DNA of 64,000 bases from Lama guanicoe (lineage: Eukaryota). Below the pieces are notes generated by a model. The model did no database searches. It saw only the letters and a program-made list of their open reading frames with translations, and had not been told where the DNA came from. Location of the stretch: contig MU054187.1 of assembly GCA_013239625.1 (NCBI GenBank), positions 12,742,974 to 12,806,973 of the forward strand, in the 5' to 3' direction. Positions within the stretch are counted from its first letter, which is position 1, and every line of letters starts with the position of its first letter. A program made the translations under genes and the position numbers. Below, piece by piece: positions 39,000 through 52,323 of this stretch.

Positions 39000-39770
39000 A
39001 AACTTCGGTGCGCATCACAATTATCTACGCACCTTTAACAAGATACAGCCTCTAGATAGGGCCACAAACCAGACCCACACAATCAGCTTCTACCAGGGGG
39101 ACCTGCATGTGTGCATTTTCAGTAAGTTTCTTAAGTATTTCTGAAGTTCAGGAGGGTATGAAACCTCAAGCTTTCATGCCTTCCCTTGTCATGACCTCAG
39201 GGGCAAGGAATTCTGACCATGTGCTCTGCTTTTGAAAGTAGGAAAAGCGGATCTGGAACTTAGAAGCCTGGATGTATAAGGGTGTTGAGGTCGTTTTGCT
39301 GAGGGTGCAATAGAAAAGGAAAGAAAAGGAAAGCCTAGGAGGAAGTGCTGAAGAGTGCACTTAGTGGAGGACCTTGGAGGAGGAGTTTTGTTGGGGAAGA
39401 AGACAAAGACAGACCGTCAAAGATGTCGAGAGCTCTGTCTTACTTCAGGAGAGTGGAATTATTCATCAGGGCTGATGCTGCAGGATGGTGAGAATGCCGC
39501 AAAGGCAGGTGGACTTGGTGATCCAGAGGTTTTCAGGGATGTTCAAGAGAGAAAACAGTGTTGGAGGTAGAAATCAGGTCGCAAAAGTTGAAGGCTAGTC
39601 CTGTCAATCCTGACTGTGCCTCATAATCACTTGTGAGGAATTAAAACCAAGGAATTTCCGATTTCTAGCCCAGATGTGCTAAACTGAGATTTCCAGAAGA
39701 GAGGCCTGAACATTTGTTATCTGAATTTTCAGAAAGCTACACAGGGCATTTAGTACAGAAGCCGAGCCCA
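39000..39770. mobile_element. Cluster of degraded MER5B-like (39000-39160, 39600-39770) and L2 (39380-39590) fragments
   Basis: cttcggtgcgcatcacaattatct...gtgcattttcagtaagtttc; caatcctgactgtgcctcataatcacttg. Confidence 0.45.
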
Positions 39771-42059
39771 GGGGCTGGGGAGGATGTGGAATGTAAGAAG
39801 GGCGGCAGGAATATAGACCACTCTCTGAAAACAGAGGCAGGGAGGAAGAAAAAGCAGATTGCAGAGAATGAGAGGTAGGTAGAGCAGGTGGAAGGAAACT
39901 TCTGTGCTTTTGTATTTTCTCTGGAAGGAAATGAACATGTTTGAAGGGAAAGAATGGTTGAGACCAAGAGGTTACAGCAGCAACTAAGAAAGGGTAGTTG
40001 AAGTAAAGTCCTTGAGAAAATAGCATTGAAACCTGCCTTGGTGAAGGGGAAGGTTAGGTCAACAACCAGTTCTTATTTCATTGTTAAAAGGAGCTGAAGG
40101 TCACCCTGAAGAGCCAGAAAAGTAATTGGTTCTTATCTGTGACTACTGAGGGTTCACCTGTTTGAATGTTGCTTTTCAGTGTATAAACCCTTCAACCCAC
40201 TTCCCAGCTTTGACAATGATGGGCCAATGTCCGGCTTGAGCAAGCTAAAATGGGCCTGTGGGGGTGATCCTGAAGAAGTTCAGGAAGGCCTGAGAAAGGT
40301 GGCTGCATGCTAGGTATTTCCATAGGTTTATGGAAATGGTAATTAGGCGGAGTTTAAGCTTCTGTAGACTTTCAGGTCTATTAACAAGTTACAGAGCTTC
40401 TGTAATTCTCCACAAAGACGGCCGTTGATTCCGAGCAATGATTTTTCATCACATCCGAGTGCTGAGCAGCACTTATTTCTGCTCTCAAAGAAAGTTTCCT
40501 TTTGCTCTGAGATGATTGATTTTTCATTTTAGGGGACTTCCTTTCTCCTGCCTTAAACTGCAGGAAATGTGGGGGTGATGCGTATTCAGCACGTATTGCA
40601 AGTAAATCATTAGAACTCTTGCAAACACACCTTACGGCTGTCAACCAGCTTATCCTCAGTGCATGGTTCTTCGGCAATATGTGTTTAAGCTGGTGACAAT
40701 GAATACGAAAAACAGGGTCGAATTTTAACCCATGTTGTGCCCAGGCAATAGCTTAGTTTACCCGGCCACTACTTTCCTTTTCTAGGTGCAGCAAACATAA
40801 ACTTTCAAAGAAAATAACCTAACTATTAAATTATTTTCAATAAAATCTAGGGCAATGTGGCTGCTGCTTGTCGCTGTGTTTATCTATTCTTTTCCTTATT
40901 GTGGGGGGACAGTCATGCCTACCTCCCCTTTTATTGTATCGTACCCTCTGTTTGGGGATTAAGAAATGCAGGTGAGCTTATTTAAGTGAATGATTTCAGG
41001 GTTAGATCTAAGCAGTAAATTTTGTTAGATTCTCTTTTTCATTCAGCTGTTGCACTTTTTAAGATAAAGTTAAAATCCACTGGGCCCTTGGAAAATATGT
41101 CAGATGGACACATAATCTACTTGTTGACTTTACAGTCTTTTTGAAGCAAGGGTCCAGGATGGAGAACTCACAGCATTTCTCCAGGGCGCTTATACTGCCT
41201 GGAATGAGGTGAGGCTTGTTCCCGGGGCCTCTTGTAGGAGGACTTTCGGTTTAAATTTTAACAGATGTGTCTGCCCTACAGAGATGCCATGTGGACCATT
41301 TGTGGTTATTTTAGATGTTACTCTTGTGAGTAAGAAATTACTGTTCCCCCAGATTTTGAAGACTTTATTGCTAAATTCTAAATAATTTTTACAAGTTCAT
41401 TTATTTATTCTGCCAGCAAATGGAGTCCCTTCTGCTGTGTGCGAGGCACCGAGAGAGGTGTTGAAGTCACAGAAATGGGTAAAATGGATCCTGACTGCAA
41501 GAAAATCACAATCTGGTAGGGCAAGCTGGCTTGTAAGTGACTAATGGTTAGTACTTTAGAAATACTTCAATATTATGCATATTTGAATGACGATCTAGTA
41601 CTTTCCATGCTGGTGTAGCCATTTAAGAGTGGATTGCTAATCCCTGAGAATCAATCAGGAAGCCTGAAATACTCTTTGAAAGGAAGTGCCTTCACCTGCG
41701 AAGCAATTGAAAGCCCCACCTATCCCTCGCCCAAACCAGAGGGCAACCTCGAGGCGCAAGAACGTCAGTCCTTAAGAAGTTACCTTGCCTTCCTCGGCCA
41801 GCACTCCAGTTCTCTCCCTGTGGTAGGTCACTTCAGTTTAAATGGAAGAGGATTTCTGTTGTCAAAAGCTCATGGTAGGATGAGTTCCTCGGGTGAAAAA
41901 CCAAGCCCCACCAGTACTGAAGGTGAAAAAGAAATATATCAAGAGGAGAAATCTATTCAGAGATTGATTTTGTTTCCTTCCACAGCCAAAGTGGATTTTG
42001 AAAATCAATAAGTCCTTTGCAGTGCTGCCAAAAGCCAGCAAACGTGCCAAGTCATAAAC

Positions 42060-42292
42060 TGTCAGAGGAGTAACTACAGGAAGGCTGCCAGGTCCGAGGC
42101 GGCTGCCTGGCCGCCTGGCTGCCACTGACCTCGTGGCGGTGTGGAGCTGGAGCCGGAGCCGTAAATCTTCACCTTGTCGCTGCCGCAGGGTGACTTGGCT
42201 TCGCGGGCAGCATACGGAGGTGAGTACTTCAGGTCTGGGGAGCGGAGCCTCTCTGACCTGGTGACTGAGTTCACACGCTCGTGTAAGAACCT
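42060..42292. promoter_or_regulatory. CpG-enriched unique patch (possible alternative promoter or exon)
   Basis: About 15 CpG in ~200 bp; + strand donor GAG|GTGAGT at 42219/42220; - strand acceptor ttttcctcatatctag at 42291. Confidence 0.35.
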
Positions 42293-43589
42293 AGATATGA
42301 GGAAAAGCAAATCCCGCTCTTACTTTTAATTTCATTTCCCCAGGGAGAGATGGGCCCCAACCCATGCCATCCTTTCTAGAACTGCTGGAGCTGGTGTGAT
42401 GGCTTTTTGGGGTTTTGGAGCATGTATGAGGGGTTGCGGCTAACTGGTAGAGATAATCAAATCCATGGCAGTGACTGGAAGCTTACTTTGCAAGTAGCTC
42501 AATATGAGCTTCTATTAAACAAACGCCATTATTAAGATAAGTTTTCCATGGGCATTCAGATGGGGAGGAGAGAAACAGAAGTGGCTCGCTCCTGGAAAGA
42601 AAGTCAACTGTTTTAGTTGTCAGAATGTTCTCCCAAGAAACCAGGGTTATTTGCTGGATTTTGATAGAAATCTTAGGGAAAGTAGTGGATAACTAATGTT
42701 GAAGTAACTGAAACAAATTTTAAAATCAGTTGAGTAACTTCTGTGAACAACCACAAAGAACTATTTTGCAACCAAAAAAGTGTGACGTGTGACTGAAGCG
42801 TCTCTGAAATGTCATCGCTAGACGTGCAGTTGCCGTTCTTGGTTTGCATCGCTGCTGGACTGAGGGGAAGTGGTGCAGAATGTGATTTGGGCCCATCTTT
42901 TAGTTCTGTTAAATGAACCTTATGGACTGGCACATCAGTGAAATAGATAGGGTCTCGGATTTGCATGATAAAGGATTTGTTTCACTTGCCACATATTTTT
43001 ATTTATTCATTTATGCAGTACCTCATTAACTGTCTCTTAAGGGCAAGGGGCTGGGTGAATAAGTCACTATGAAAAAATCACAGTCCGTAACCTTAAGGCA
43101 CGTAGCATCGAGTTAGTGGGAGAGAGACCTACAGGTGCCGTTAATGAGGAAGCCGAGTGGAACAAACCTGGAAAGCTTGTTTGTGTTTAATAACTTCCGT
43201 CTCGTCAGTAGAAGTTATTTACTGAAAGTGAGGTGGAAATGGTTGGCCATTTAAACAGTGCTGGAAAGATTTGGGAAGGCCAGCAGGTAGCACTAATTTG
43301 CCTTGATGAAGCTGAACCATCCTCATAAACTGCCCTGTGGCAGATAATGAGGACCAGGAACACATAAAAAAGTCCTGTGGGCTGGAGGCCACTGAGGGTG
43401 GTTGTCTCAAAACAGGACACTTCTGTCTTCTTAAGAGATGATAACTCAGGAAGCACGGAGTGGGAAATAATTTCTGGCCTTGCCAAAGGCACCAAAGAGG
43501 TAAAAGTCAACAAGCAAAAAGCCATTAGTAACGAGTCAACATCACGGGGATGAGGGTGAGAACACAATCTTGCAGCGCACCACTGAGGC

Positions 43590-44745
43590 GGTGGGGTGTA
43601 GCAGAATTGCTGGGGCTTTTTGTAACTCTGTGTTTAACCTTTAGAGGAGCTGCCGAAATGTTTCCAAAGGGACTGTCATCCCATTTTATATTTCCACCAG
43701 TAATGTATGAGGGATCCAATTTTACCTCATTCTCATCAACCCTTTTTAATTCTAGCCATTCTAGTGGGTAGGGAGTGGTGTTTCGTTGTGCTTTTGATTT
43801 GCATTTCCCTTACGGCTACTGATGCTGAACATCTTTTCGTGTTGTTGGTAGCCATTTGTATGTTTTCTTTGAAGAAACGTCTATTTGGATACTTCACCTG
43901 GGTTGTCTTTCATTACTGAGCTGTTAAGTGTTCTTTAAGTGGTTTAGAACAGTTGCATATCAGATAAGTGCTTTGCAAATATTTTCTCCCATTCTGAGGT
44001 GTTTTTCTTTTTCATTTTCGTGGTTTCCTTTGAAGCACAGATTTAAAAATTTTGATTAGATCCAATTTATCTATTTTTTTCTTATCATTTGTTTTTGCTG
44101 TTGTATCTAAGAAATCCTTGTCTAACCCAAGGTCATGTAAATACTCCTATAGTATGACTTTTGAAATAGGAACTCTTGGATATGGATAGCTGAAGTGTGA
44201 TACATCCAAACAGTGGAATATTAATCCTCAACATAAAGGAATATGTGTATATGTCCATGAATGACTGAAAAATTGTGCTGAACACTGGAATTTGACACAA
44301 CATTGTAAAATGATTATAAATCAATAAAAAATGTTAAAAAAAAAACCCAAAAAAACATAAAGGAATAAAGTACTAATACATGCTACAAACTGGTTGAACT
44401 TGGAAAACATTATTTTAAGGGCAAGTAGCCAGTCACAAAAGAGCAAGTGTTATACAAGCCCATTTACATGAAAGGTCCAGCACAGGCAAATCTATAGAGA
44501 CAGAAAGTAGGTTAGTGGTTGTCTGTGGCTGCAAGGTTGGGGATGGGAGGGTGGGGGAGGGCAAGGATTGTGGGGAAATAAGGAGTAATTGCTAATGAAG
44601 ACAGATTTAGTTTTGGTGAAAATATTCTAAAATTTACTGATGGTTGCATAACTTTGAATGTATGAATATACTAAAGGACATGAATTTTACACCTTAAAGG
44701 GGGTAAATTGTATGGTATGTGAATTAGCTCAATCAAATGGTTATG
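43590..44745 (+). mobile_element. Old L1MB-like element with inverted 5' part (43590-44145 antisense; 44170-44745 sense 3' end)
   Basis: Antisense ORF2 (ttgatttgcatttccc, ttgcaaatattttctcccatt); sense L1MB 3'UTR (aggcaaatctatagagacagaaagtaggttagtggttg, ggtatgtgaatta). Confidence 0.8.
44244..44353 (+). mobile_element. Very young LINE-1 3' tip nested in the old L1MB
   Basis: Perfect 14-bp TSD aacataaaggaata (44230-44243, 44354-44367); 97 nt identical to 15854-15950. Confidence 0.95.
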
Positions 44746-44769
44746 TGCATACTTTAAAAAAAAATTTGT

Positions 44770-44990
44770 GAGCAAGACCTCTGCCAAGTCTTTCATATTC
44801 ATTATACTGTTTAATGATTACAGCAGCCCTGTTAAGGGGGGGGGTTATTATTACCATTTTGCAGATGAAAAAACTGAGGCTTAGAGAGGTTAAGTAACTT
44901 GTCCCAGGTCATATACCTTGTAAATAACAGATTAAGGCAGGCAATGTGTTTGTGAAGCCCAAAGCTAACCACGGACCTCTTCTAGCTAAG
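44770..44990 (-). mobile_element. MIR SINE
   Basis: ccattttgcagatgaaaaaactgaggcttagagaggttaagtaacttgtcccaggtcat. Confidence 0.85.
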
Positions 44991-46329
44991 GAGACATTTT
45001 ATTTCAGCTCAGCTGACCTCTGTGTACCCCACTTTTTCCATCCTTGGTCATACTTTTTGTATCAGTATAGGGAAAGAAAAATGGAGGCTAAAAGCTATTT
45101 AAATAACGAGAGTAGCCTTATAAATTTGTACCTACTAAAGAAGAAACAGAATGATGGATGCCGGCTATTTAAGATGACAGCTCAACTCTCCATGTGTTTT
45201 TTCTGTACAGACACATTCTTCAAGAGAATTCATGTCTATGAACATTTTTAGAAAAGACTGTTGGAGAGAATGGCTTGTTTAAAACACTGATTTGTGTTGC
45301 AATGAATTAAGGCAGGGGTATAAGGCTCTATTTTGCTCTTTTGAAACTTTTGCCATCTGGTTCTCAGCGTCCCCTCAACATAGTTTTCAGGCTGTGAAAT
45401 TCTGTACATCTTTATGAAGCCCAAGACTTGACCTTTGGGAGGGAGAAGTCTTATTTTATTATGCTGACACCACACATCATAACTCTTATTTTGCTTGGAG
45501 ATCACATTCAATGTCATCGCCAACATGTGCAACAAGAGATACGTCATGTTTATGGCTAGAATATTCCTTTTATTTCCAGTTACAGTTTTCCCATAAAATC
45601 TCTACTGAAAATAATCTCCATGCAGTCATTGAATGTTATTGCTTGGAATAGAAATGCTAAAACAATTTGCTTGTTTAGGATCCTGAGTATTTCCCAACAT
45701 TTTGAAGCATCTCAGTCCTCCACAAAATATCTTTCCAGCCAGAGCAGTAGTAATGTAAGTCTGTGGCTTTTCTTGTCATGTATTTTATGGGATTGTTACC
45801 TCTCACGTGTATTTTGTATTCCTCCCACGTGTATTGGAGTACAATGGGTAAATAATTCTATTTGGACTCTTCTAGATATTTTATAGCTATGATTGACATT
45901 CTCTCAAGAATTGTTCATTAAAAAAAATAAAATTTCCCAATGAGATCCTTGGATGGGCAGAGTCTGCCCATCATACTAAAATTCAAAAAATACTTGTATA
46001 CATCTTCAAAATTAGACCTTGTCTTCTCCCTATCATCTTTTTCTATATGTACAAATTCCCTCTTGAACTGGGTAAGTAGGCTGGGAGGGTGACCTTGCTC
46101 CAGGAGGCCAAGGGCAAGAGAAACAGAGGGTCCCTGGAGAACCCTGAAGGTCAAGCCCTGGGAACAAAATTCAAAGGGTTGACGGGGGTGGGGGTTGGGG
46201 GAGGGAAGGTTGCAAGGGAAGAAGCTGAAAACAAAGGTCAGAGAGGAAGAGCCTGGCAGAACTAGCAGGATAGGGGCAGAGGAAGCAGTGATTTGGGTGA
46301 TTTCCATAAATGCAGGTACATGTGATCTG

Positions 46330-47110
46330 ATGCAGTGAAATGACCGTGGCTTTGGAGTGGGATCTGAGTTCAAATCTTGCTTAATAAACTAGCTCCAAGA
46401 AGTGATCTTCCCCCTCTGCACCTGAGCTTATCTGTTTGATGAGCATCTTCATCATCACATCAACACCATTACAACAACTGTCACTTTCCAAATACCTGTT
46501 ATATGCTAGTTATATGCTACGTAGAAAATTGTGTTTAACCACCCATACAATCCAATGAAGCTTTTTTAAAATTACTATTATTATCCTCACTTTGCAGATG
46601 GGGGAAATCGAAGCTCAGAGAAGTTTTAATTTGCTCAAGGTCCTTTCCAACAGCTGGAAAGTAATAGAACCAGGATTTTAACCCAAGTCTGTTGGACTCC
46701 ATAGTCCACTGGACCACTGGCTCCGAATGACCCAGAGCACATATTACCAGAGGCTCCTAGACTCTCCCATGGACCTTCTGTGCTTGCATGTCTGGGGTGG
46801 GTCCCAGAAGCATGCATTTGAACTTGCCTCTCAGGTGACTCTTACGCTCTACATAAAAGTACTTGCTCCTCAAGGCGGGGTCTGTGGTCTGGGGCCAGCA
46901 GCCTCAGCACCCCCTGGGAGCTTGTTGAAAATGTAAATTCTCAGCCCCTACCCTGGTCCTGCTTAATCAGAACCTGCATTAGAGCTAACCAGGTCCCCAG
47001 GTGATTCATGTGCCCATAAGTTTCAGGGAGGCCTGTTCTACAGGGCTGTTGTGAGGATGAGAGATACTAAATGTAAAGTATCTACCATACCAAAAGTACC
47101 CTTTGTTACC
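46330..47110. mobile_element. Nested cluster: MIR(+), MIR(-) ~46480-46720, MER5-like ~46720-47030, MIR 3' remainder
   Basis: cactttgcagatggggaaatcgaagctcagaga; cagcctcagcaccccctgggagcttgttgaaaatgtaaattctcagcccc; gggctgttgtgaggatga. Confidence 0.7.
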
Positions 47111-48369
47111 ATTCCCTTTTTGATCAAGTAGAAGACGGTGTTCTGGGAGGGCCCCCAAGCATAGGGTTAAGGGTAAACACCTGTTCTGCTCTCCCCTTCC
47201 TCTGGGATCTATGCCCAGTGCTGTTTTGGGATTTCCCAGTGTATGCCACACCCCCTTCCTTTCCTGAAGGCTGGTTGTGATGTCCTTCCTCCACCAACAC
47301 TGGAGTCAGAAGATACGGCTTTGACTCTTGGCTTGGCTAATTATTGCCTGTGTCCTTGGGAAAATTAATTAGCATTTTAATGACCCTCAGGTTTATCAGT
47401 TATAGAAAGAGAATGATGATGAAAGTAATACATTTTATCACGCTCAAACTTAAGAGTTAGTCCTCTCTGCCTGTAGTATTGTTGGGGGTATCAACTGGAG
47501 AAGTAAGCAAGAAACAGAAAAGTCTTAGAATCTCTTTTTCTTCTAAATTTTTAACACTTCAGTCCTTTGAATACATTTATTGAAATCATCTGTTCTGCTC
47601 TAAGGACAAAAATCTGCTTTTAGAAATAGGGTACAAATAATCTACAATAAAAAAGTTTAGCTCTAAATCCAGAAAACTTAAAAAAATGGCCAGGATCTTT
47701 AGGAAATCATACAGTCCAAATTCTTGATTTCTGTGGTGGTAGAAGCAACAGTTAAGTGACTTTAAAGTGGTACCATTCTAGTTACTGGATGTATTTGATT
47801 CTAATTAATATAATTGGCAGAAATTTCTGTTGAATGCTATGTTTCTAAGTAAAAACATCTCTCTCAATGAATACTGAGTAACCTCCTGTGGTACAATCTA
47901 TATATTAATTCATTAGTCCCAGCATTTAACTGGGTCACAGCTAGCAATTCTATACTGAAGTTCAACTCGGCCTTACTGGGGGTGTGTTTTGGGATTGTGT
48001 TATCTTAGGAAGGACAGTAGGAAGAATATCCATCACTCTCAAAGGTGCACTTGGCTGGTTTTTTAAAAATTGTCTTTTCAAAGCGTTTTACGTGACTCTT
48101 GGTCTCGGATGGACTGTGTGTTAGAGTAGATTCAAATGGTGTTTTGAGGCAGTGCTTGGCCCCATCTGTATACATCCCCAGGTCACTTCTACGTGGAGTC
48201 CCCTTTTTCAGACATCTGGTTCCTTGTAGCATTTAAATTTCATCTCCTCAAGGAAGCCTTCGGCGGCCCGGGACTGGGGCAGTTCCTCTTCTCCACATCC
48301 TCTCAGCACCCCTGCTTCCTCTCTCTGAACTGATTCATTGTAGTTTCCTAGGGCACGTGCTCTCTAGAT

Positions 48370-48560
48370 CACTGGTTCTGCAGGGGATATTTGGCAACAT
48401 CTGGAGACAGTTTTGCTTGTCACAACTGGTGGCATTGCTACTGGTATGCAGTAGAGAGAAGCCAGGGGTACAGCCAAACCCCCTACGCTGCACAGGACAG
48501 CCCCCCACCCCAACAAAGGGTTATCCAACCCCAAACATCACAGTGCTGATGATGCCCTAG
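48370..48560 (+). mobile_element. MER20 inserted in an L2 fragment (~48230-48670)
   Basis: caggggatatttggcaacatctggagacagttttgcttgtcacaactgg...gcacaggacagcccccc. Confidence 0.85.
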
Positions 48561-49259
48561 ATTGATTTGCCATTTCCATGAGGGCCCCAGAGTGGCCAAG
48601 GCAGCTTCGGTCCTGTCTGGTAGACTAGCACACAAATCTCTAGAAAATAAGTACTCAGTAAGTGTTGAATTACTTTTTTTAAAATTTCTTTTTCTGGGGA
48701 GGGGGCAGGGGAATCCTTGCTCACCACCTCCTCCACGAGAGGGAATAAGCTTCCAAGAGGAGTTTTGTTCTAAGACTACATGAAACATGCTTTGGGATGA
48801 TTTTTTAAACCTGCTCCGTTCACAAAGAGAGACCAATAACTAGGGATTCATTATAATGAAAAGGCATTTAAGCCAGGAGCCTTCTTGGATTGAGCAGTGC
48901 ATTAATGAAAAGCTTTAAAAAACAGCATTTATTACAATAGACTGCTTGTCTTTGAGAGTTTTCTAAGTATAAATGAATCAGTAGGGGAGATGCCTTGAAA
49001 CTCAAAAGGTATGAAATCTTACATCTTGGTTGTTGAATTACTTTTAATTAATTGAATGAATGAATAAAAAAGGACAACTTTTCATTTAGTAGACTGATTG
49101 TTAAAACATACAGGCTTGCTTTTAACTGTGAATATTGATATGAGGGCCTAGTATGTCAGGTTCACTGAAGAACTCTGCTTTTCAAAGTTTGGTTGACTTT
49201 GAATTAATAATGGAGCATTGAAAAAGGTATGTAGTTTGTACATTCCTGCATATGAAAAC

Positions 49260-49420
49260 AACATACCCTAAGATGAAGCAAGATCACTGAGCTGTGAACC
49301 TGGGTCAGTGTGTTAACTTTTCCATCCTCTGAGTTACTTGTATGAGCTGTGAGCTGGGGTGGCGCCGTCAACCTACTTTGCGGACCATTGTGAGAAATGG
49401 CTCCACAAGGCACGCGTGTC
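49260..49420 (+). mobile_element. Degraded MIR
   Basis: gctgtgaacctgggtcagt...ctctgag...cctactttgcggaccattgtgaga. Confidence 0.45.
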
Positions 49421-49954
49421 CTGCAGGGGGTGTGTTTGAGAATTTTATCACATCACAGGGTCCTTATTAAGAGTCCATGGGAGAAATTGCCCTCTTGTTT
49501 CTGCAGTGCTTCTGACTCGCTTTTATCTTAGAAATATTATGAATTACAGAATCAACTGTGTTTCATTTGTGGCCTTGGCTCTTAAGAAGCTTAAACATAA
49601 ATTTATGGCTCTGTTTTTTCAAGTCTTTGGGGTATTACGGTAAGCTAATCTCACCCCTGGCTACCTTTTTTGAAAATTTTATTTTTCTTTACTTTTCTTT
49701 AAGATTTTTCTCCTTTCTGCTCTCTTCCTTCTTCCCTCTCTCTCTGTCATGCTAAATGTATTTTGTAAAAAATGCTTTTTCTTCAAAAAGCACATGTTGA
49801 CGAGTAACTTATTTAATCCATAATTATTTGCTTGTTTTACTACAACTATAGCTTTTTGACAAGGAAATTTACAGTTTTCCTTGGACACACAAAATTTATC
49901 AAAATGGTCATCACGAATAAAGACACAACCAGTATTTCTACAAGGTTAAGAGCA

Positions 49955-50647
49955 TACATCCTGAAAAGACAAAAACTAATTCGAAAACACATGCACCCCA
50001 ATGTTCATAGCAGCACTGTTTACAATAGCCAAGACATGGATGCAACCTAAATGTCCATCCACAGATGAGTGGATAAAGGAGATGTGGTGTGTAATATATA
50101 CAATGGAATATTTCTCAGCCATGAAAAAAGAATGAAATAATGCCATTTGCAGCAACATGGATGGACCTAGAGATTATTTTTTTTAAACTGAATTACCATC
50201 AGATATAATGTGTTAATTTCTGGTGTACAGCACAATGTCCCAATTATGCATATAGACGTACTTAACATTTGTTTTCATATTGAGATTATCATATTAAGTG
50301 AAGTCAGACAAAGACAAATATCATATGATACCACTTATGTGGAATCTAAAAAAAGATACAAATGAACTTATTTACACAGACATAGAAAACAAACTTATGG
50401 TTACTAGAGGAGAAAGCGTGGGGGAGAATAAATTGGAAATTTGGGATTAACAAATACACACTACTATATACAAAATAGATAAACAACAAGGACCTACTGT
50501 ATAGCACAGGGAACTGTATTCAATGTCTTAAATAACCTATAATGGAGAAGGTTCTGAAAAAGAATGTGTGTATATATATGTATAACTGAATCCCTTTGCT
50601 GTATACCTTAAATATATTAAATCAACTAAACATCCATTAAAAAAAAA
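49955..50647 (+). mobile_element. 5'-truncated LINE-1 (ORF2 C-terminus + 3'UTR)
   Basis: atgcaccccaatgttcatagcagcactgtttacaatagccaagacatgg...; A-rich tail. Confidence 0.93.
50178..50281 (-). mobile_element. Short antisense L1 3' tip nested in L1
   Basis: Poly(T) start, ttaatttctggtgtacagcacaatgtccca; TSD gagattat (50170-50177, 50282-50289). Confidence 0.8.
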
Positions 50648-51089
50648 ACAAACAAACCACGATGCGTTCGTGGCACTGTCCACTGGCTGTTTCTGGGCCC
50701 TAGTCTCAGAGTACAATCCAAGAGATGCCCTTGAGAAGCCTGGGAATAGAAGTGAGCAGAAGACTAGGTCTGCAGTAGTCACATCGTCTCACAAGCAATG
50801 CAGCCAGGTTCCTTTCAACTTAGCACAAATCACGGCTTGTCGCACACTTTACTCATTTCTAACCTTTTGAAGTTTTGTTCATTTCAGCTGGTTTCGCTGT
50901 CCTGTCCTGCTCGATGTGAGGGGCCTCTTGCTTGTAGTTCAGGGCTTTCTTGACTTCAGTTAAAAAAGTAATTACTATTGAAAAATAACTGATTTTTTTT
51001 TTTATTCAGCACATTCCCTGCAAAATTTGGGGATGGGGCTGAGGTTAGGGACCAACAACCCAGACAAACAAACAAAAACCACTCATAAT

Positions 51090-51400
51090 CTAATCTCTGA
51101 GAAGTAGTGACTACTACTATTCTGAGAAAATATCTTTTACCTTTTTTATCCTATGCATATGTAAGGTTACATGTATTTTTTTTAAGTAGGAATGGGATAT
51201 TGTATGTCCTCCTTTGCAATGTTTTCTTGTTTGTGAAGGTACCACCTTTCCATGTCATTGATCATTGTTCTGCATTATTATGTTTGGTGGCGGGATGGTA
51301 TTCTGTTGTGTGGCTATATTTTAGTTTATTAACCAATCCAAAGCAGACATGTAAGTTGTTTCCATTGTAAATACTACTAAGGTATGGGGTGTGTGTGTGT
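51090..51400 (-). mobile_element. Old L1ME-like fragment
   Basis: aatgggatattgtatg...tttccatgtcatt...gatggtattctgttgtgtgg...ttattaaccaatcc. Confidence 0.55.
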
Positions 51401-52159
51401 ACACATGCTTTCTCAACAGCTAGATTCTATGATACAAAGTCAAAACATTTCACAACTTCAATTTAAAATTGAGACACAAATACATGGTTCCAAGGCAGAC
51501 TGATATAACAAGGTGATTTTATAATACACATTTACATTAATACCAGTTGAATACTTCATCTTTATATTTGGTCAGAGAAATAATTATAAGTTTAAGAAAG
51601 TTAATGTAAATAGCCTAATTCATCTGTGTATATAGCATGCACCTGTCTAGACTAGGATTATGAACTAAGTACTAAACATTAATTTAAAGCAACATCAGTA
51701 TTTGTTTCTTATAGACCAAGAATTTCAGATGGACATTTTTCCTTTTCAAGCAGAAAGTAGGGGAAATATCTTAGAGGTTGAATTTCAATGAGCAAATTGT
51801 TGATCAAAATTAATGTGCCACTTTCGGGGCAGAACAACCCAATCTTCTTTAGCATAAAAGAATTACGAGGACTATTTTATCTTCACAAATAACTGAAAAA
51901 GAGGTAGAGATAAAAGAGGTAGGGAGGGAAAAGACAGACAAATCTCCGTAGACATCCCAGATTTACAGGTGGGATTCAAAAGTCCTGTTGTGTGAAAGAG
52001 GCACCATTATAGAGAAACTCTCCTCAAATTACCCAGTCAGAAACGATCCAAAAGGTCCCTGATGGAGCACACCCTTTCAGTATTGTCGCACTGCCACAGC
52101 AAATTAGGTTCATTCAGGCTGACTTCATGCTATGCATCTCTTAAAAAATGCCTTCTTGT

Positions 52160-52323
52160 TAAACAACAAGGGGGTACTGTATAGCCCAAGGAACTATATT
52201 TACCATCTTGTTAGTCTATAATGGAGAAGAATCTGAAAAAGAATATATATATCTATCTATATATCTGAATCACTCTGTACACCTGGAACATTGTCCATCA
52301 ACTATACTTCAATAAAAAAATCT
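52160..52323 (+). mobile_element. 5'-truncated LINE-1 3' end
   Basis: TSD aaaaaatgc(c/t)ttcttgt (52143-52159, 52324-52340). Confidence 0.9.
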
